The notes beneath the pieces were generated by a model. That model did no database searches. It was not told the DNA's origin and saw only the letters and a program-made list of their open reading frames with translations. From Promethearchaeota archaeon (lineage in GTDB: Archaea > Asgardarchaeota > Lokiarchaeia > Sigyniarchaeales > SOKP01): 64,000 bases of DNA. Position 1 is the stretch's first letter. Each line of letters opens with the position of its first letter. The position numbers and the translations under genes are program-made. Positions 1 through 11,126 of the stretch are shown here, piece by piece. The stretch lies in contig JBHLOY010000008.1 of the NCBI GenBank assembly GCA_048939995.1, forward strand, positions 96,001 through 160,000, read 5' to 3'.

Positions 1-1320
1 CCCTTTTCTGCTATTACCGCTATTACATTTCAAACAGCTACAAAGTTTTTGGGGTATAAATCTCTTTCAGATGATCTAGAACGTCAATTGAATGCGATTT
101 TTTCAGCATATCCAATTAAGTTTGTAAAAATTGGCATGGTTCCAGATTTAAAAGCACTTAATATCATACTTGATTTTATAAAAAAGTATGATCTTTTTGT
201 TGTTTATGACCCTATTTCAGTTTCTAGCTCAGGAAGAAGGCTTTCAATCAAAGGTCTTGAATTAGAAATTGAAAAAAAGTTATTTCCGAAGGTAAAAGTT
301 ATTACACCTAATCTTTCTGAAGCTTTTGTTTATTCAAAGATAAATTATGAGAAATTTAATTTCGATAATTACAAAGAAATTGGTGAAGCATTACTGAAAA
401 AACTTTATAGCAATCCTTCAAAATTTGTTGAAGAAAAAGCAGTAATTGTTAAAAGTCTTGAGCTAGATAACAAAAAATTAGTAGACTTAGTCGTGATAAA
501 TAAAGAAGATAAGAAGAAATTTAATTTGCAGTTTGAATTTTATGAAAAATTAAGAAGGGCCTTTCAAGGGAATATTCATGGATCCGGATGTGTTTTTTCT
601 TCCGCGATTGCTGCCTTTTTGAGTAAAAATTATAATTTAAAAGAATCAATAACTTTAGCAGAGAAATTTTTTGATGAAAAATTCCAAACCTTTATAGAGT
701 TACCTGATAGGGGTAAAGTTATAGACCTCACCATTCCTGAGGAGAAATTAAAAGTAATAAATCAAATTAAAGAAATATACAATTTCATTTCTAATATTAA
801 AAAATTTTCAAAACTAATACCTGAGGTAAGATTAAACATTTCATGTTCTTTACCTAATGCTAAAAGCAAAATGGATATTGCAGGAATAGATGGTCGAATG
901 ACTATAGTGAACGATTTTCCTAGAGCTTCTGGTGAAATTAAATTTGGAGCATCAGATCATACCGCGAGACTTCTTTTATCTGCTAAAAAGTTTGATAATT
1001 CAATTAATTTAGTTATAAATCTTAAATATAGCCAAAATTTAGTCAAAAAACTTAATGAGACATCAAGTTTAAAACTTTATGAATTTGTAAGAGAGACAGA
1101 ATCCTATCAAACGAAATTAATGGAAAATTCCACTATGCAATGGCTTATTGAAAAAACTGTAGAAGATACAAATTGGATTCCTGATATTATATGGGATAAA
1201 GGGGAAATAGGGAAAGAGCCTATCATTAGAGTCTTTGCTAAGGATTCTAAGGATATGATAAATAAACTTCAAATTATTATAGAATTGATTGAAGATCACT
1301 CGGAAACTATTAAAAATTAA
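1..1320 (+). CDS. thiDN: Bifunctional HMP(-P) kinase / thiamine-phosphate synthase ThiDN, 5' end outside the window
   Basis: Frame is open from base 1 (PFSAITAITFQT...). ThiD motifs KIGM, YDP, ITPN, HGSGCVFSSAIAA; ThiN-type C-terminus LIPEVRLN, FGASDHTAR, PDIIWDKGEIGKEP. Confidence 0.9.
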   Translation, partial: PFSAITAITFQTATKFLGYKSLSDDLERQLNAIFSAYPIKFVKIGMVPDLKALNIILDFIKKYDLFVVYDPISVSSSGRRLSIKGLELEIEKKLFPKVKVITPNLSEAFVYSKINYEKFNFDNYKEIGEALLKKLYSNPSKFVEEKAVIVKSLELDNKKLVDLVVINKEDKKKFNLQFEFYEKLRRAFQGNIHGSGCVFSSAIAAFLSKNYNLKESITLAEKFFDEKFQTFIELPDRGKVIDLTIPEEKLKVINQIKEIYNFISNIKKFSKLIPEVRLNISCSLPNAKSKMDIAGIDGRMTIVNDFPRASGEIKFGASDHTARLLLSAKKFDNSINLVINLKYSQNLVKKLNETSSLKLYEFVRETESYQTKLMENSTMQWLIEKTVEDTNWIPDIIWDKGEIGKEPIIRVFAKDSKDMINKLQIIIELIEDHSETIKN

Positions 1321-1383
1321 AAAAAAGTAAACGAACTATTAATGCGAACATTTTAAGTAAACGAGTTAAGCCGTAAATTAGGA

Positions 1384-2697
1384 TTAAAACAAGTTTTTAG
1401 AACTTTTCTTTTCTAAAGCATCTTTTAAGATTTTAATAGCACAAAATTCACCACACATACTGCACACATCATCATCAAAATCACCATTTCTATAGTGTTT
1501 TTCTCTTGAAAGATCTGGATCAATAGATTCCTTTATCATTTCCTCCCAATTCAGATTTTTCCGAGCACAATCCATTCTATAATCCCAATCTGAGACTTTT
1601 TTGCCGAATTTTGCGATATTTACCGCATGAGCAGCGATTTTTGAGGCAATTACTCCTTGTTTAACTTCTTCTTTATCGGGTAAAGCTAGATGTTCAGAGG
1701 GAGTGACATAACACAAATAGTCGGCACCTGCGAGGCCAGCAAGAACACCTCCTATCGCACTTACAAGATGATCATAACCTGGAGCGATATCAGTTACTAA
1801 TGGTCCTAGCACGTAGAATGGGGCGCCATTACATACAGATTTCATTAATTTAATATTTCTTTCAATTTCATGCGCAGGAATGTGCCCTGGACCCTCAACC
1901 ATAACTTGGACGTTTTTATCCCAAGCTCGTTTAACTAATTTAGATATCTCCAATAATTCCTGAATCTGAGCATAATCTGTTGAATCAAAAATGCAACCTG
2001 GTCGCATTCCATCTCCGAGTGATAAGGTAAAATCATATTCTTGTGCTAATTCAAGAAGATAATCGTAATTAGTATAGAAGGGGTTTTCTAAATCATTTTC
2101 AAGTATCCAAGCCGCCAGAAAAGTCCCACCACGAGATACTATACCCATATGTCTCGGGTGTTCTTTTAAATAATTAACAATTTCTTTAGTTACTCCTACA
2201 TGTATTGTAAAAAAGTCTACTCCTTCTTTAGCTTGTGATTCAATAACTTTAAACAAATCATCTTCGTCAAAATTGATTATTGCTCCTTTTCTTTCAATCG
2301 CTCGTAGAGCAGATTGATAAATAGGTACTGTCCCTATTGGTACATCTAACTGATCTAAAATTAGTTTTCGAATCTTTTTTACATCTTGTTCAGTTATACC
2401 AGTACTTAAATCCATAACTGTATCTGCGCCATATTTAACAGCAATTTTAGCTTTTTCTAGTTCTCCTTGAATATTGCATACTTTTTTACTAGAACCTATG
2501 TTTGCATTAATTTTAACTAATAATCCTTCTCCAATTCCCAACGGGTTAGTATTGCCTCGATTAGATTTAGGAATAATAATACGCCCACTTGCGATACCCC
2601 GACGTATAAATTCTAGTTCAACTTGTTCTTTTTTGGCAACAATTTCCATTTCTTGTGTTATTTCGTTATTCTTGGCGGATTTCATTAAAGTAGACAA
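1384..2697 (-). CDS. thiC: Phosphomethylpyrimidine synthase
   Basis: KINANIGSS, GADTVMDLST, VSRGG, LGDGMRPG, VEGPGH, C-terminal CSMCGEFC. Confidence 0.97.
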   Translation of the reverse strand: MSTLMKSAKNNEITQEMEIVAKKEQVELEFIRRGIASGRIIIPKSNRGNTNPLGIGEGLLVKINANIGSSKKVCNIQGELEKAKIAVKYGADTVMDLSTGITEQDVKKIRKLILDQLDVPIGTVPIYQSALRAIERKGAIINFDEDDLFKVIESQAKEGVDFFTIHVGVTKEIVNYLKEHPRHMGIVSRGGTFLAAWILENDLENPFYTNYDYLLELAQEYDFTLSLGDGMRPGCIFDSTDYAQIQELLEISKLVKRAWDKNVQVMVEGPGHIPAHEIERNIKLMKSVCNGAPFYVLGPLVTDIAPGYDHLVSAIGGVLAGLAGADYLCYVTPSEHLALPDKEEVKQGVIASKIAAHAVNIAKFGKKVSDWDYRMDCARKNLNWEEMIKESIDPDLSREKHYRNGDFDDDVCSMCGEFCAIKILKDALEKKSSKNLF

Positions 2698-2832
2698 TTC
2701 TTTAAACCTTCAACTAACTAATTGATTTTAAATTCTCTATGAGAAAATAATTATCTTAGAATTAAATTATTTTGTTTATTAAAAATAATCTAAAAGAATT
2801 CAAATATTAAAAAAAAATTAATTAGATTATAT

Positions 2833-3144
2833 TTATTCCAGTCCAGCTAATCCAGAAGCCTCTTCGAATGTCATCCAAACATCTACGGAATATTCAAGCC
2901 CTTCTACATTGATGAATTCATAATAAAATCGTGAAACTCGATTGAGTGCTTTTTCTAATTGACCTTCTTTAACTTTCCAAATAGTCATTAGCTTCACTCC
3001 TTTTTTAGTTGTTTTAACTGGAGTGCCAAGATTTTCGAAAATAGTTTCATCTGGAGGATATTCATCTCTAATTTTAACATATACTTTTATAGCATCACCC
3101 TGTTTATGGGTTGGATAAGACATTGTTCCAATTATATATGGCAT
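2833..3144 (-). CDS. Hypothetical small alpha/beta protein
   Basis: 103-aa ORF, ATG with GGTG upstream, no recognised motif. Confidence 0.7.
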   Translation of the reverse strand: MPYIIGTMSYPTHKQGDAIKVYVKIRDEYPPDETIFENLGTPVKTTKKGVKLMTIWKVKEGQLEKALNRVSRFYYEFINVEGLEYSVDVWMTFEEASGLAGLE

Positions 3145-3245
3145 AACAATTACACCTTTAATTATTATGTTTTAAAATTATTTAGATTTCAATGCAAGTT
3201 ATTTCTAGATAAATAGCTATTTAAATATTATAATTTTGTAAATAT

Positions 3246-3719
3246 TTAATAACCTATTCTAAGTTGCTTTAGTAGTTCTATAAGCGAATCAGTCAACATA
3301 TAGTCTTTCAACTCCTCAAATGGTACAAATCGTGCTTCTAAGGCATCGTCTTGTGCCTTAGGGGGTTGATTACTATCTCCTTCAATCTGTTCTACAAAAT
3401 AATTGATCAAGACATAGTGATATTCTATTTTATCCTCCTTATCATACATAATTTTATCGATGATTCCTGCAACGTTAGTTACTTTAACGATAAAACCAGT
3501 TTCTTCTAACGCTTCTCTTTCTGCTGCATCCTCAACTCTTTCCCCAAGATCTAAATGACCTCCAGGAATTGACCAAAAACCAGCATCCGGATTATATTTA
3601 CGTTTTACTAACAATAATCGATTATCTCGTACTAGCATAATCCCAACACCAATATGAGGCCTAACAGGATAACGCCGATCATTATGATTCCTCGTTTTTA
3701 TTATACGGGCCATTATCAT
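3246..3719 (-). CDS. NUDIX hydrolase (ADP-ribose pyrophosphatase-like)
   Basis: Nudix box GGHLDLGERVEDAAEREALEETG. Confidence 0.92.
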   Translation of the reverse strand: MIMARIIKTRNHNDRRYPVRPHIGVGIMLVRDNRLLLVKRKYNPDAGFWSIPGGHLDLGERVEDAAEREALEETGFIVKVTNVAGIIDKIMYDKEDKIEYHYVLINYFVEQIEGDSNQPPKAQDDALEARFVPFEELKDYMLTDSLIELLKQLRIGY

Positions 3720-3750
3720 TAAAAAAAGTATCTATTAAGTATTATTAGGT

Positions 3751-4284
3751 TTGAAACATTATAAAGGTTCAAGGCTATATTATTTTAAGGGGATAATTAT
3801 AGTAAGACCATGGTATTGGCCTAAAGGAGGGCAACCTCACAGGACAGAAGAGTTTACGTGGATAATCAAAGAAATATTAGCCGCAAGTTGGTGGCCAGAC
3901 CCTCCTGTTTTTGAGAGATATAAAAAAGAGAATATATCAGTTATAATTAATTGCTCTGAATTTGATAACAAAAACAACATTCCTGATAGATTTATTTACT
4001 ATCACATAAATGTTCCTGATTTTGGTTTACCAACAGAGGAACAAATTGAGGAGTTCCTTAAAATTTGTGATATATACATTAAATTAGGAAAGGCAATTGT
4101 GGTACATTGTGTGGGAGGATGTGGGAGAACTGCCCAATTCATTGTAGCATGGGCTGCAAATAATGGATTCTTGCCAAAAGGGATAGATCCGGTTAGATGG
4201 ATACGTAAACTAAGACCTTGCAGTTTAGAAACTCGGGAGCAAATGGAAAATGCTAGAAAAATAGCGAAAAAGTATCAGAAATAA
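3751..4284 (+). CDS. Dual-specificity / tyrosine protein phosphatase; true start possibly ATA at 3799
   Basis: CX5R loop HCVGGCGRT, acid loop VPDFGLP, RPCSLET. Confidence 0.88.
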   Translation: MKHYKGSRLYYFKGIIIVRPWYWPKGGQPHRTEEFTWIIKEILAASWWPDPPVFERYKKENISVIINCSEFDNKNNIPDRFIYYHINVPDFGLPTEEQIEEFLKICDIYIKLGKAIVVHCVGGCGRTAQFIVAWAANNGFLPKGIDPVRWIRKLRPCSLETREQMENARKIAKKYQK

Positions 4285-4378
4285 TGATAATGTAAAGCTT
4301 ATATTGTATTATTTTTATATGTTAATTAATTTCTTAATTTTATTTTAGGCATAATATTAAATATCACAAATTAGAAAC

Positions 4379-5539
4379 TTGCATATGAATAAAACTGACT
4401 ATCTTTACATGATTCTAGATAATATATTAGTGTTTAATATTAATCTTCCTGCGGAATTTCAAGATGAGAGATTAAATGAGCACCTCAATAAATTTGATGA
4501 ATATGGATTGAAAATAATTGCCGGATTTAATAAAAATTTCTTGGAATATTTCTTAAAGATCTCTGGTGGGAAAAATCAAAAGAAAATTGAAGACACTCTT
4601 AAGAAAATGGAGAAAATTTCTTACATGATTGGTCCTATAGGCAATTTAAGTTATTTGACCCCAGAACAGGCAGATTATATACTTAAAAAGATAGACTTGC
4701 TCAAATTAGAAGAAATAAATGAAGAAAAGATTAGTTTGATTGCTGACGACTTATTAAGGGAACAGTTTGGAGGCTCAGGTAATTATAGTGCGTCTGATGC
4801 TTTGGAGAATCAATTAGCTAGTGCAGCTTTCTATTTAATGAATATGGGATACTCACGAGAAGAAATTCAAGAAAAGTTTAATGAAGTGAGGCAAGACCAA
4901 TCAAAATTAGGTGAATTGTTTACTCTCCCTCAAAAAGAAATTTATAGTATGCCCACTGAAATCGGGATTGCTGATTCAGTGTCACCCCCAGCAAATCTAG
5001 AATCAAGTATTGATGATAATCGAAGTATCAATGAAGCAATTGCTCGTACCGTTCAATCAATCCACCAAGATATCACTGCTGAAAGAGCTCAAAAAGTAGA
5101 TGAAATCATACAAGAGATAAGGGCTTATGTTAAAGATAGTATGTCAGAACTTCAAGAAAAGGTATTTAGGCAAATGCATCCAGATAGATTAAATCGCGCT
5201 TTAAAGATGCTGAAAACGACCAAAAGAAAATCCAAAAGAATGGAACTTTACCTTGAATGGTTTACAACTAGTTTTCTACTTTCAAAAATAGAATTAAAGG
5301 TTGAACACTGGCAGGTTTCAAGTTCAGCAGGTCATGGAAATGCTGGAGTTTATACAGCAGGTATCGATTTCTCTAGGTATGATAATATTATAAGAGATTT
5401 TCCAGACAGCAAGTTAACAAAAGTCATCAATTTAGCAAGACGAATAATACAAAATCCCACTAAAAATGCAATTCAAAAACTTGGGCAGGATCTGATCGCT
5501 GAAACAGGATTTGATGAGCATCTTTACTTCACAGATTGA
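4379..5539 (+). CDS. Hypothetical helical protein
   Basis: 386-aa ORF, no recognised motif. Confidence 0.75.
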   Translation: MHMNKTDYLYMILDNILVFNINLPAEFQDERLNEHLNKFDEYGLKIIAGFNKNFLEYFLKISGGKNQKKIEDTLKKMEKISYMIGPIGNLSYLTPEQADYILKKIDLLKLEEINEEKISLIADDLLREQFGGSGNYSASDALENQLASAAFYLMNMGYSREEIQEKFNEVRQDQSKLGELFTLPQKEIYSMPTEIGIADSVSPPANLESSIDDNRSINEAIARTVQSIHQDITAERAQKVDEIIQEIRAYVKDSMSELQEKVFRQMHPDRLNRALKMLKTTKRKSKRMELYLEWFTTSFLLSKIELKVEHWQVSSSAGHGNAGVYTAGIDFSRYDNIIRDFPDSKLTKVINLARRIIQNPTKNAIQKLGQDLIAETGFDEHLYFTD

Positions 5540-5560
5540 ATAATGCTCCTAATTAAAAGA

Positions 5561-7177
5561 CTAATTTTGCTTATAGACACTCTTTCCTCTAATAAATGTC
5601 TCTAATACTTTAATCTCTCTTATCTTATTCTTATCAAAAGTAAGAGGATTATGACTTAATATAACAAAGTCTGCAAATTTTCCGACTTTGATACTACCCT
5701 TTATATCCTCTTCAAATGCAGCATAGGCAGCATTGATTGTATAAGTTTTTAAAGCGGTTTCAACAGAAATGCATTGCTCTGGCACAAATCCATTCCGTGT
5801 GACTAATGCATGTATCCCTAAAATTGGGCTTGGATCCTCAACTGGGCAATCTGAGCCAGAAATTAATACTATGCCAGAATCTATAATTGATTTAAAAGGA
5901 TAGGTGTATTTACAACGTTCTTTACCTAAGCGCTTCTCAAGCCATTTATATTCAGAATTTATAAAGGGTGGTTGGCAGGAAGCAATGATGCCATATTCTT
6001 TCATATCTTTTAAAACATCCTTTGACAGCATTGAAGCATGCTCAATCCTATGCCTATGATCCTTTTTGGGAAATTCTGTTAACAATTTTTTATATAAATT
6101 CACTGCGATTCTATTCCCTTTATCTCCAATAGCATGAATTATGATATGAATTCCATTTTGGTGTGCTCGTTTCATTCTATTATAAATCTCGTCCTCTTCA
6201 ATTACACAAAATCCACATAACGAAGGGTCATCAAAGAAAGATTCATACATACAAGCAGTTTTTGCCCCAAAAGAACCATCTAGAAAAAGCTTTAATCCTC
6301 CAAATTTGAATTTATCATCGACTTGCTGGTCAAAAAAAAAAGACTCTTTAATCCTAAATAATTTTTTTACTCTCTCTATATTGATAAAAGTATAGCAGTT
6401 TTGAAGCATTTTATCTTGCAAGAATCTAAATAATGGCAATTCAATAGCTCCCACTTCCCCAAATTCACCACTTTTATCTCCACTAACTATGCTGTGTAAA
6501 GAAGTTAATCCATTAGCAGCAAACTTTTTAAATGCTTTAAATGCAGCATCTATTATAGCTTGTGCTTCGGGAAATTTCACTTTTGACAGGATTAGGTTGA
6601 TGGCTTTCTCACATATTATCCCATTAAGGTTTCCATCTTCATTTTTTCGAAATTCTCCACCTTCAGGAACTTTTGTATTTTCATCTATTCCAGCTAGATC
6701 CAAAGCTTTTGAATTCGCAATACCAATATGACTATCATATCTTAAGATGAATACTGGATGATCGGTACATGCGTCATCTAAATCCTGCCGTAAAGGTAAA
6801 ATAGGCACCTTAAACTTTTCTTCGTTAAAATTGAAAGCTAATAATAATTCAGATCTATTCTTTCCTTTAACATATTTTCTTAAGAGAAGCTTTAATTCTT
6901 CAATACTCGTTGTATTAGTTAGATCGGGAAACAATTGGTATAATATGTATAAAATAGGGTGAAGATGGCAGTCAATAAATCCTGGTAGAAGCGTATTTCC
7001 ATTTAAATTAATTAATCTGTAATCTGATTTCAAAATACTGAGGACATGATCCATTGACCCAACGGCTACAATTTTTTCTCCTTCAATACCAATAGCTTCA
7101 ACTATAGGTTGTTCTTCCTCTATTGTTAGAATTGGCCCACCAAAAATAAGTTTTTTTTCTAGATTTTGATTATACAT
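5561..7177 (-). CDS. Amidohydrolase family 3 (YtcJ-like) metallohydrolase
   Basis: PGFIDCHLH, KLFLDGS, HAIGD, RIEHA, GSDCP, GSIKVGKFADFV. Confidence 0.93.
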   Translation of the reverse strand: MYNQNLEKKLIFGGPILTIEEEQPIVEAIGIEGEKIVAVGSMDHVLSILKSDYRLINLNGNTLLPGFIDCHLHPILYILYQLFPDLTNTTSIEELKLLLRKYVKGKNRSELLLAFNFNEEKFKVPILPLRQDLDDACTDHPVFILRYDSHIGIANSKALDLAGIDENTKVPEGGEFRKNEDGNLNGIICEKAINLILSKVKFPEAQAIIDAAFKAFKKFAANGLTSLHSIVSGDKSGEFGEVGAIELPLFRFLQDKMLQNCYTFINIERVKKLFRIKESFFFDQQVDDKFKFGGLKLFLDGSFGAKTACMYESFFDDPSLCGFCVIEEDEIYNRMKRAHQNGIHIIIHAIGDKGNRIAVNLYKKLLTEFPKKDHRHRIEHASMLSKDVLKDMKEYGIIASCQPPFINSEYKWLEKRLGKERCKYTYPFKSIIDSGIVLISGSDCPVEDPSPILGIHALVTRNGFVPEQCISVETALKTYTINAAYAAFEEDIKGSIKVGKFADFVILSHNPLTFDKNKIREIKVLETFIRGKSVYKQN

Positions 7178-7326
7178 CGTTTTGTAGAATGTGTAGAGAG
7201 ATATAATAGGAAATTTGTATCAAAATAATTATAAATTTTAATATAATTTTAATTTTTCAAAATTTTCTAAGAAAAGTTTAAAAAATTAATTTTAATTCTT
7301 AGGATTAACATAAAATAATATCACGC

Positions 7327-9702
7327 TTGATAGGCGAATTTATTATGGTAAAGAAATCAGATTTGAAAAAGCTGAACTCTCTGATGGAAAAAGCTGAAGA
7401 GCTTAAAATTGAAAAAAAATATAATAAAGCGGTTGAGAGTTATTTAGAGGCTATAAACTTTGTTGAAGCTAAGATAAAAGAAGAGGAAAATAGAAAAGAC
7501 GAGATTGAAAACATTAAATCCCAGATCGATCAAATATATTCTGTTGAGATAATTGATATTCTGGAGAAAGCTTATTCTTATGTCAGTAATAATAATTTCA
7601 ATGATGCATTTATTGCCTTTGATGAGGCTATAAGGATCGCAGACAAAATTGAGGACGTTGATTTAAAGGAAAGTGAACTAAATGAAATAATTGCGAAAAT
7701 TGATTATTATCGATTAGAAGAATCAATTTATCAGGGAGAGAAATTAATTTCAGAAGAAAAATTCGATAACGCAATTGCTTATTTAAAAAATACACTAGAA
7801 AAAGCAGCTCAGGTTTATAAAAGCCAACCTAATCATGAGATTATCACCAGAATAAAGGATAAAATCAATCAAACGTATTCCCAACAAGTTGATATATTAG
7901 TTGAAGAGGGAAATCAATCAAATGTACTTGGAAATTCAGATTTAGCAATAAAAGTCTATGAGGATGCTCTGAAAATTACAAAAAGTTTCTTTGAATCTGA
8001 ACTAAAAAACTCCCAAGTAACAAAAATTAGAAATTTAATTAATCAAATTTATAGTAATGAAATTAAACCATTAGTTGAAAAGGGAAAACATTTCATTGAA
8101 CAGAAATATTTTGAGGATGCTGTAAAAGAATTCGAAAAGTCATTAGAGTTGGCTTACAAAATGTATGAATCTGAGCAAAAGAAAAATGTAATAAGTCAAA
8201 TAAATGAAGTAGCTGCTGATGTATTAAATCCAGTTTATGAAGAAAGATTAAAGCCGATTCTTAGTAAGGGAAAGGAATTAATTATTAAGGAAAATTATGC
8301 TGAAGATATAGTAATTGTCAATGATGCGTTAGGTTTTTTTGAAAAAGCATTAGATATCGCCAGACGTATGGCAGATTCAAAAGAAAAAACCTTAAAAGTG
8401 ACAGAAATAGAGGATCTAATCAATAAAACATGTAAGAAAAGAATTAATTTACTGAATGATAACTCTCTAAGAAAGATTGCTCAAAGAGATTTTGATGGTG
8501 CAGCAAGTGAATTATATGGGGCAATAAGTATTGCAAAAAGAATGACTATACCAGAAGACCACAATAAAGAACTTGAAAAATTAAAAGCTGATGTTAATAA
8601 AACGTACACTTCTCAAATTGAAGAAATACTTCGAGAGGGAAGAGGATTACTGGAACAGAAAGATTACGATAATGCTTTGAACATCTTTAATAAAGCTTTG
8701 GATATCACAAATAAAATGTATCTTAATGAACAAATGGAGCAAGAAGTAAACAAGATTAAAAGTTTAATTTATCAAGCTGAATTGAAACATTTAGTGGGAA
8801 GAGGCGACTTAATTGAAGAGCAGAAGAACTTCGAAAGAGAATTGGAAAAATTAAACAAAAAGATGGAATATGCTAAAACGATAGATGACTCTGAAAGAAA
8901 ATTCGAAGAAATGAATAAGATAAAAAAAGCTATTGATAAGGTGCATCATTCCGAAATTAAATTATTTATTGAACAAGCTGAACAACTTTCAGAAAAGCAT
9001 CAATTTAATGATGCTTTTGAATATTTTGAAAAAGCAATCTCTATTAATGATTTAATTGAAGATTCTGAATATAAAGATAAAATACCAATCAAGACAAAAT
9101 ATAAAAATGAACTCATCAATAAATCAAAATTAGGGGTCAAGAATAAGAATTACGAGAGTGCCATAGAAGATTGTAAAAAGGCGCTCGGTTTAGATAGTAC
9201 ATTTATAGAGGCCTATTTCTATATGGGAATCATAAATACAGAACGCCAAAATTATGATACTGCTATTCAACATTTTAAAAAAGCCTTAGATTTAAATAAA
9301 AATCATTCTAAATCATGGAACTATTTAGGTTTAGTTTATGAGAAGAAAATGGAATTAAATAATGCCATCGCTTCTTATTCTAAGGCTGTGGAGATAGAAC
9401 CTTTCTATACTGAAGCCTTCTATAATTTAGCAAATTCCTATAGATTGAAGCAAGATTATAGTAAAGCTATAGATAATTATAAAAAAGCCATTGAAATTGA
9501 ATCTGATAATGCATTGGCTTGGTTATTTTTAGGGTATACCTATATGGATAGAAAGGAATATAGTACTGCTATTGATCATATTAGTAAAGCGATAGATTTA
9601 AATCCAGAATTTGTATCCGATTTATCTCCCTTGATCAAGGAATTTAAGGAAACAATTAACAAAATAGAAAATAAATTGTCTAATAAGTTTGAGAATCGAT
9701 AA
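7327..9702 (+). CDS. Large TPR-repeat protein
   Basis: Canonical C-terminal TPRs (AYFYMG, SWNYLG, AFYNLA, AWLFLG) after longer helical repeats. Confidence 0.9.
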   Translation: MIGEFIMVKKSDLKKLNSLMEKAEELKIEKKYNKAVESYLEAINFVEAKIKEEENRKDEIENIKSQIDQIYSVEIIDILEKAYSYVSNNNFNDAFIAFDEAIRIADKIEDVDLKESELNEIIAKIDYYRLEESIYQGEKLISEEKFDNAIAYLKNTLEKAAQVYKSQPNHEIITRIKDKINQTYSQQVDILVEEGNQSNVLGNSDLAIKVYEDALKITKSFFESELKNSQVTKIRNLINQIYSNEIKPLVEKGKHFIEQKYFEDAVKEFEKSLELAYKMYESEQKKNVISQINEVAADVLNPVYEERLKPILSKGKELIIKENYAEDIVIVNDALGFFEKALDIARRMADSKEKTLKVTEIEDLINKTCKKRINLLNDNSLRKIAQRDFDGAASELYGAISIAKRMTIPEDHNKELEKLKADVNKTYTSQIEEILREGRGLLEQKDYDNALNIFNKALDITNKMYLNEQMEQEVNKIKSLIYQAELKHLVGRGDLIEEQKNFERELEKLNKKMEYAKTIDDSERKFEEMNKIKKAIDKVHHSEIKLFIEQAEQLSEKHQFNDAFEYFEKAISINDLIEDSEYKDKIPIKTKYKNELINKSKLGVKNKNYESAIEDCKKALGLDSTFIEAYFYMGIINTERQNYDTAIQHFKKALDLNKNHSKSWNYLGLVYEKKMELNNAIASYSKAVEIEPFYTEAFYNLANSYRLKQDYSKAIDNYKKAIEIESDNALAWLFLGYTYMDRKEYSTAIDHISKAIDLNPEFVSDLSPLIKEFKETINKIENKLSNKFENR

Positions 9703-9812
9703 GAAAAAAAATTCATAAAAAATAACTACTTTTTTTATGCTTTTTGTGATTATGTACCGAATAAGTTTTGTACAAAATATCATTTAATCACAAGTTTGTG
9801 GTAAAAAAATAA

Positions 9813-11078
9813 TTATTTCAGCATTGCTTTAAAAAAACGGGGACCTAAAGTTATTTTTGAGAGTGTTGGAAGTGCGTTAAATAGGCATTCTCCTACATAA
9901 CGATCTTTATCTGTATCGTATTTTGAAAGGTCTTGGATTGTATGGGCTTCATAAACATACCTTCTAACAGTTTTGTTTGTAAGAAGAAGATTTGTATACT
10001 CATTCCAGAGAGATTTCACATAAGAGCTCCCACTATAAAATAAATATTCACAAGCATCTCCGTTTCTGAAATAACCTTTAAGTAAAACTCGGGCTATTTC
10101 CTGATCGTATTTAGCCAATTCTGCTTTAGTTAAATTACTGTTTTTCTCAAAAAGGGGTTTTACTACATCGTTCGCAATTTGAGCACATAACAACCCACAT
10201 AAAATACCTTCATAAAAGTATGATGTTACTAACCCAGCAGCTTCACCTAAGATAATTACCCTGTCTTTTGTAAATGATTTTATAGGGTGTTTTGAGATTG
10301 AACCGCTAACGAAATCACTTTTATTCCATTTTAATCCATGTAAATATTTTTCTACTTTTTTGTAATTATGCAAGATACGATCTAACTTATCAATTAGTTC
10401 ACTATGCGATTCTTTATTTCCCAAGTAGCCTGTAGAAATCCTTCCTTTTCCTACATTAAAGAAAAATGGACCATTTGGACTTATATTTGGGTTTAGGTGG
10501 AACATATATTGAAAATTGAAATTATCATTAAGTAATGTCTCATCAGCCCAAATATTAGTGTATATCCCCATAAAGGAGTCTGGAATCTCGAATCCTAAAG
10601 ACTGCTGTAGATTAAAAGCACGTGAGCCTGTAGCTAAAACTAATAGCTTTGTTTTATAAGATTCAGCTTTATTATTGATTAATTCAATGTAATCATTATG
10701 CTTATTAACTCTTTTAATTTTTTCATCGTAATGCGGTATACCTCCTCTACTTTCAAAGCTTTCAAGAAGTTTTTCAATGAAAATTTCTGTATGTGATATC
10801 TTTCCTAAAGGACTCCCGAACTCTTTTGAATTTAATAACCCATCATACTTTTCGCTTTTATAATTCAATTGAAGAAACGCTCTAGGAAAAATTGATTCAT
10901 CATTCCAAAACTTATCTTCAATAAAAGGTTTATTATGTTCAGCAAATATGTTAGTCCTTTTTGGAATTTCTTCATTATAATCTTGTGCCTCAATAAGAAG
11001 TGTTTTTGCAAAGTGAGATACTTTATTCGCAAAAGACGCACCGGATGTACCAGCACCAATGACGATTACATCATACAT
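9813..11078 (-). CDS. FAD-dependent oxidoreductase, geranylgeranyl-reductase-like
   Basis: YDVIVIGAGTSG; LGEAAGLV...EG motif. Confidence 0.8.
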   Translation of the reverse strand: MYDVIVIGAGTSGASFANKVSHFAKTLLIEAQDYNEEIPKRTNIFAEHNKPFIEDKFWNDESIFPRAFLQLNYKSEKYDGLLNSKEFGSPLGKISHTEIFIEKLLESFESRGGIPHYDEKIKRVNKHNDYIELINNKAESYKTKLLVLATGSRAFNLQQSLGFEIPDSFMGIYTNIWADETLLNDNFNFQYMFHLNPNISPNGPFFFNVGKGRISTGYLGNKESHSELIDKLDRILHNYKKVEKYLHGLKWNKSDFVSGSISKHPIKSFTKDRVIILGEAAGLVTSYFYEGILCGLLCAQIANDVVKPLFEKNSNLTKAELAKYDQEIARVLLKGYFRNGDACEYLFYSGSSYVKSLWNEYTNLLLTNKTVRRYVYEAHTIQDLSKYDTDKDRYVGECLFNALPTLSKITLGPRFFKAMLK

Positions 11079-11126
11079 ATTAAGAGTTTAAATTATTAAC
11101 CATAAAAAAATATTATTTTTCTATTA

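Noticed and set aside
2698-2832. TPP riboswitch upstream of thiC
   Set aside because: Region is almost pure A/T, with no recognisable aptamer core
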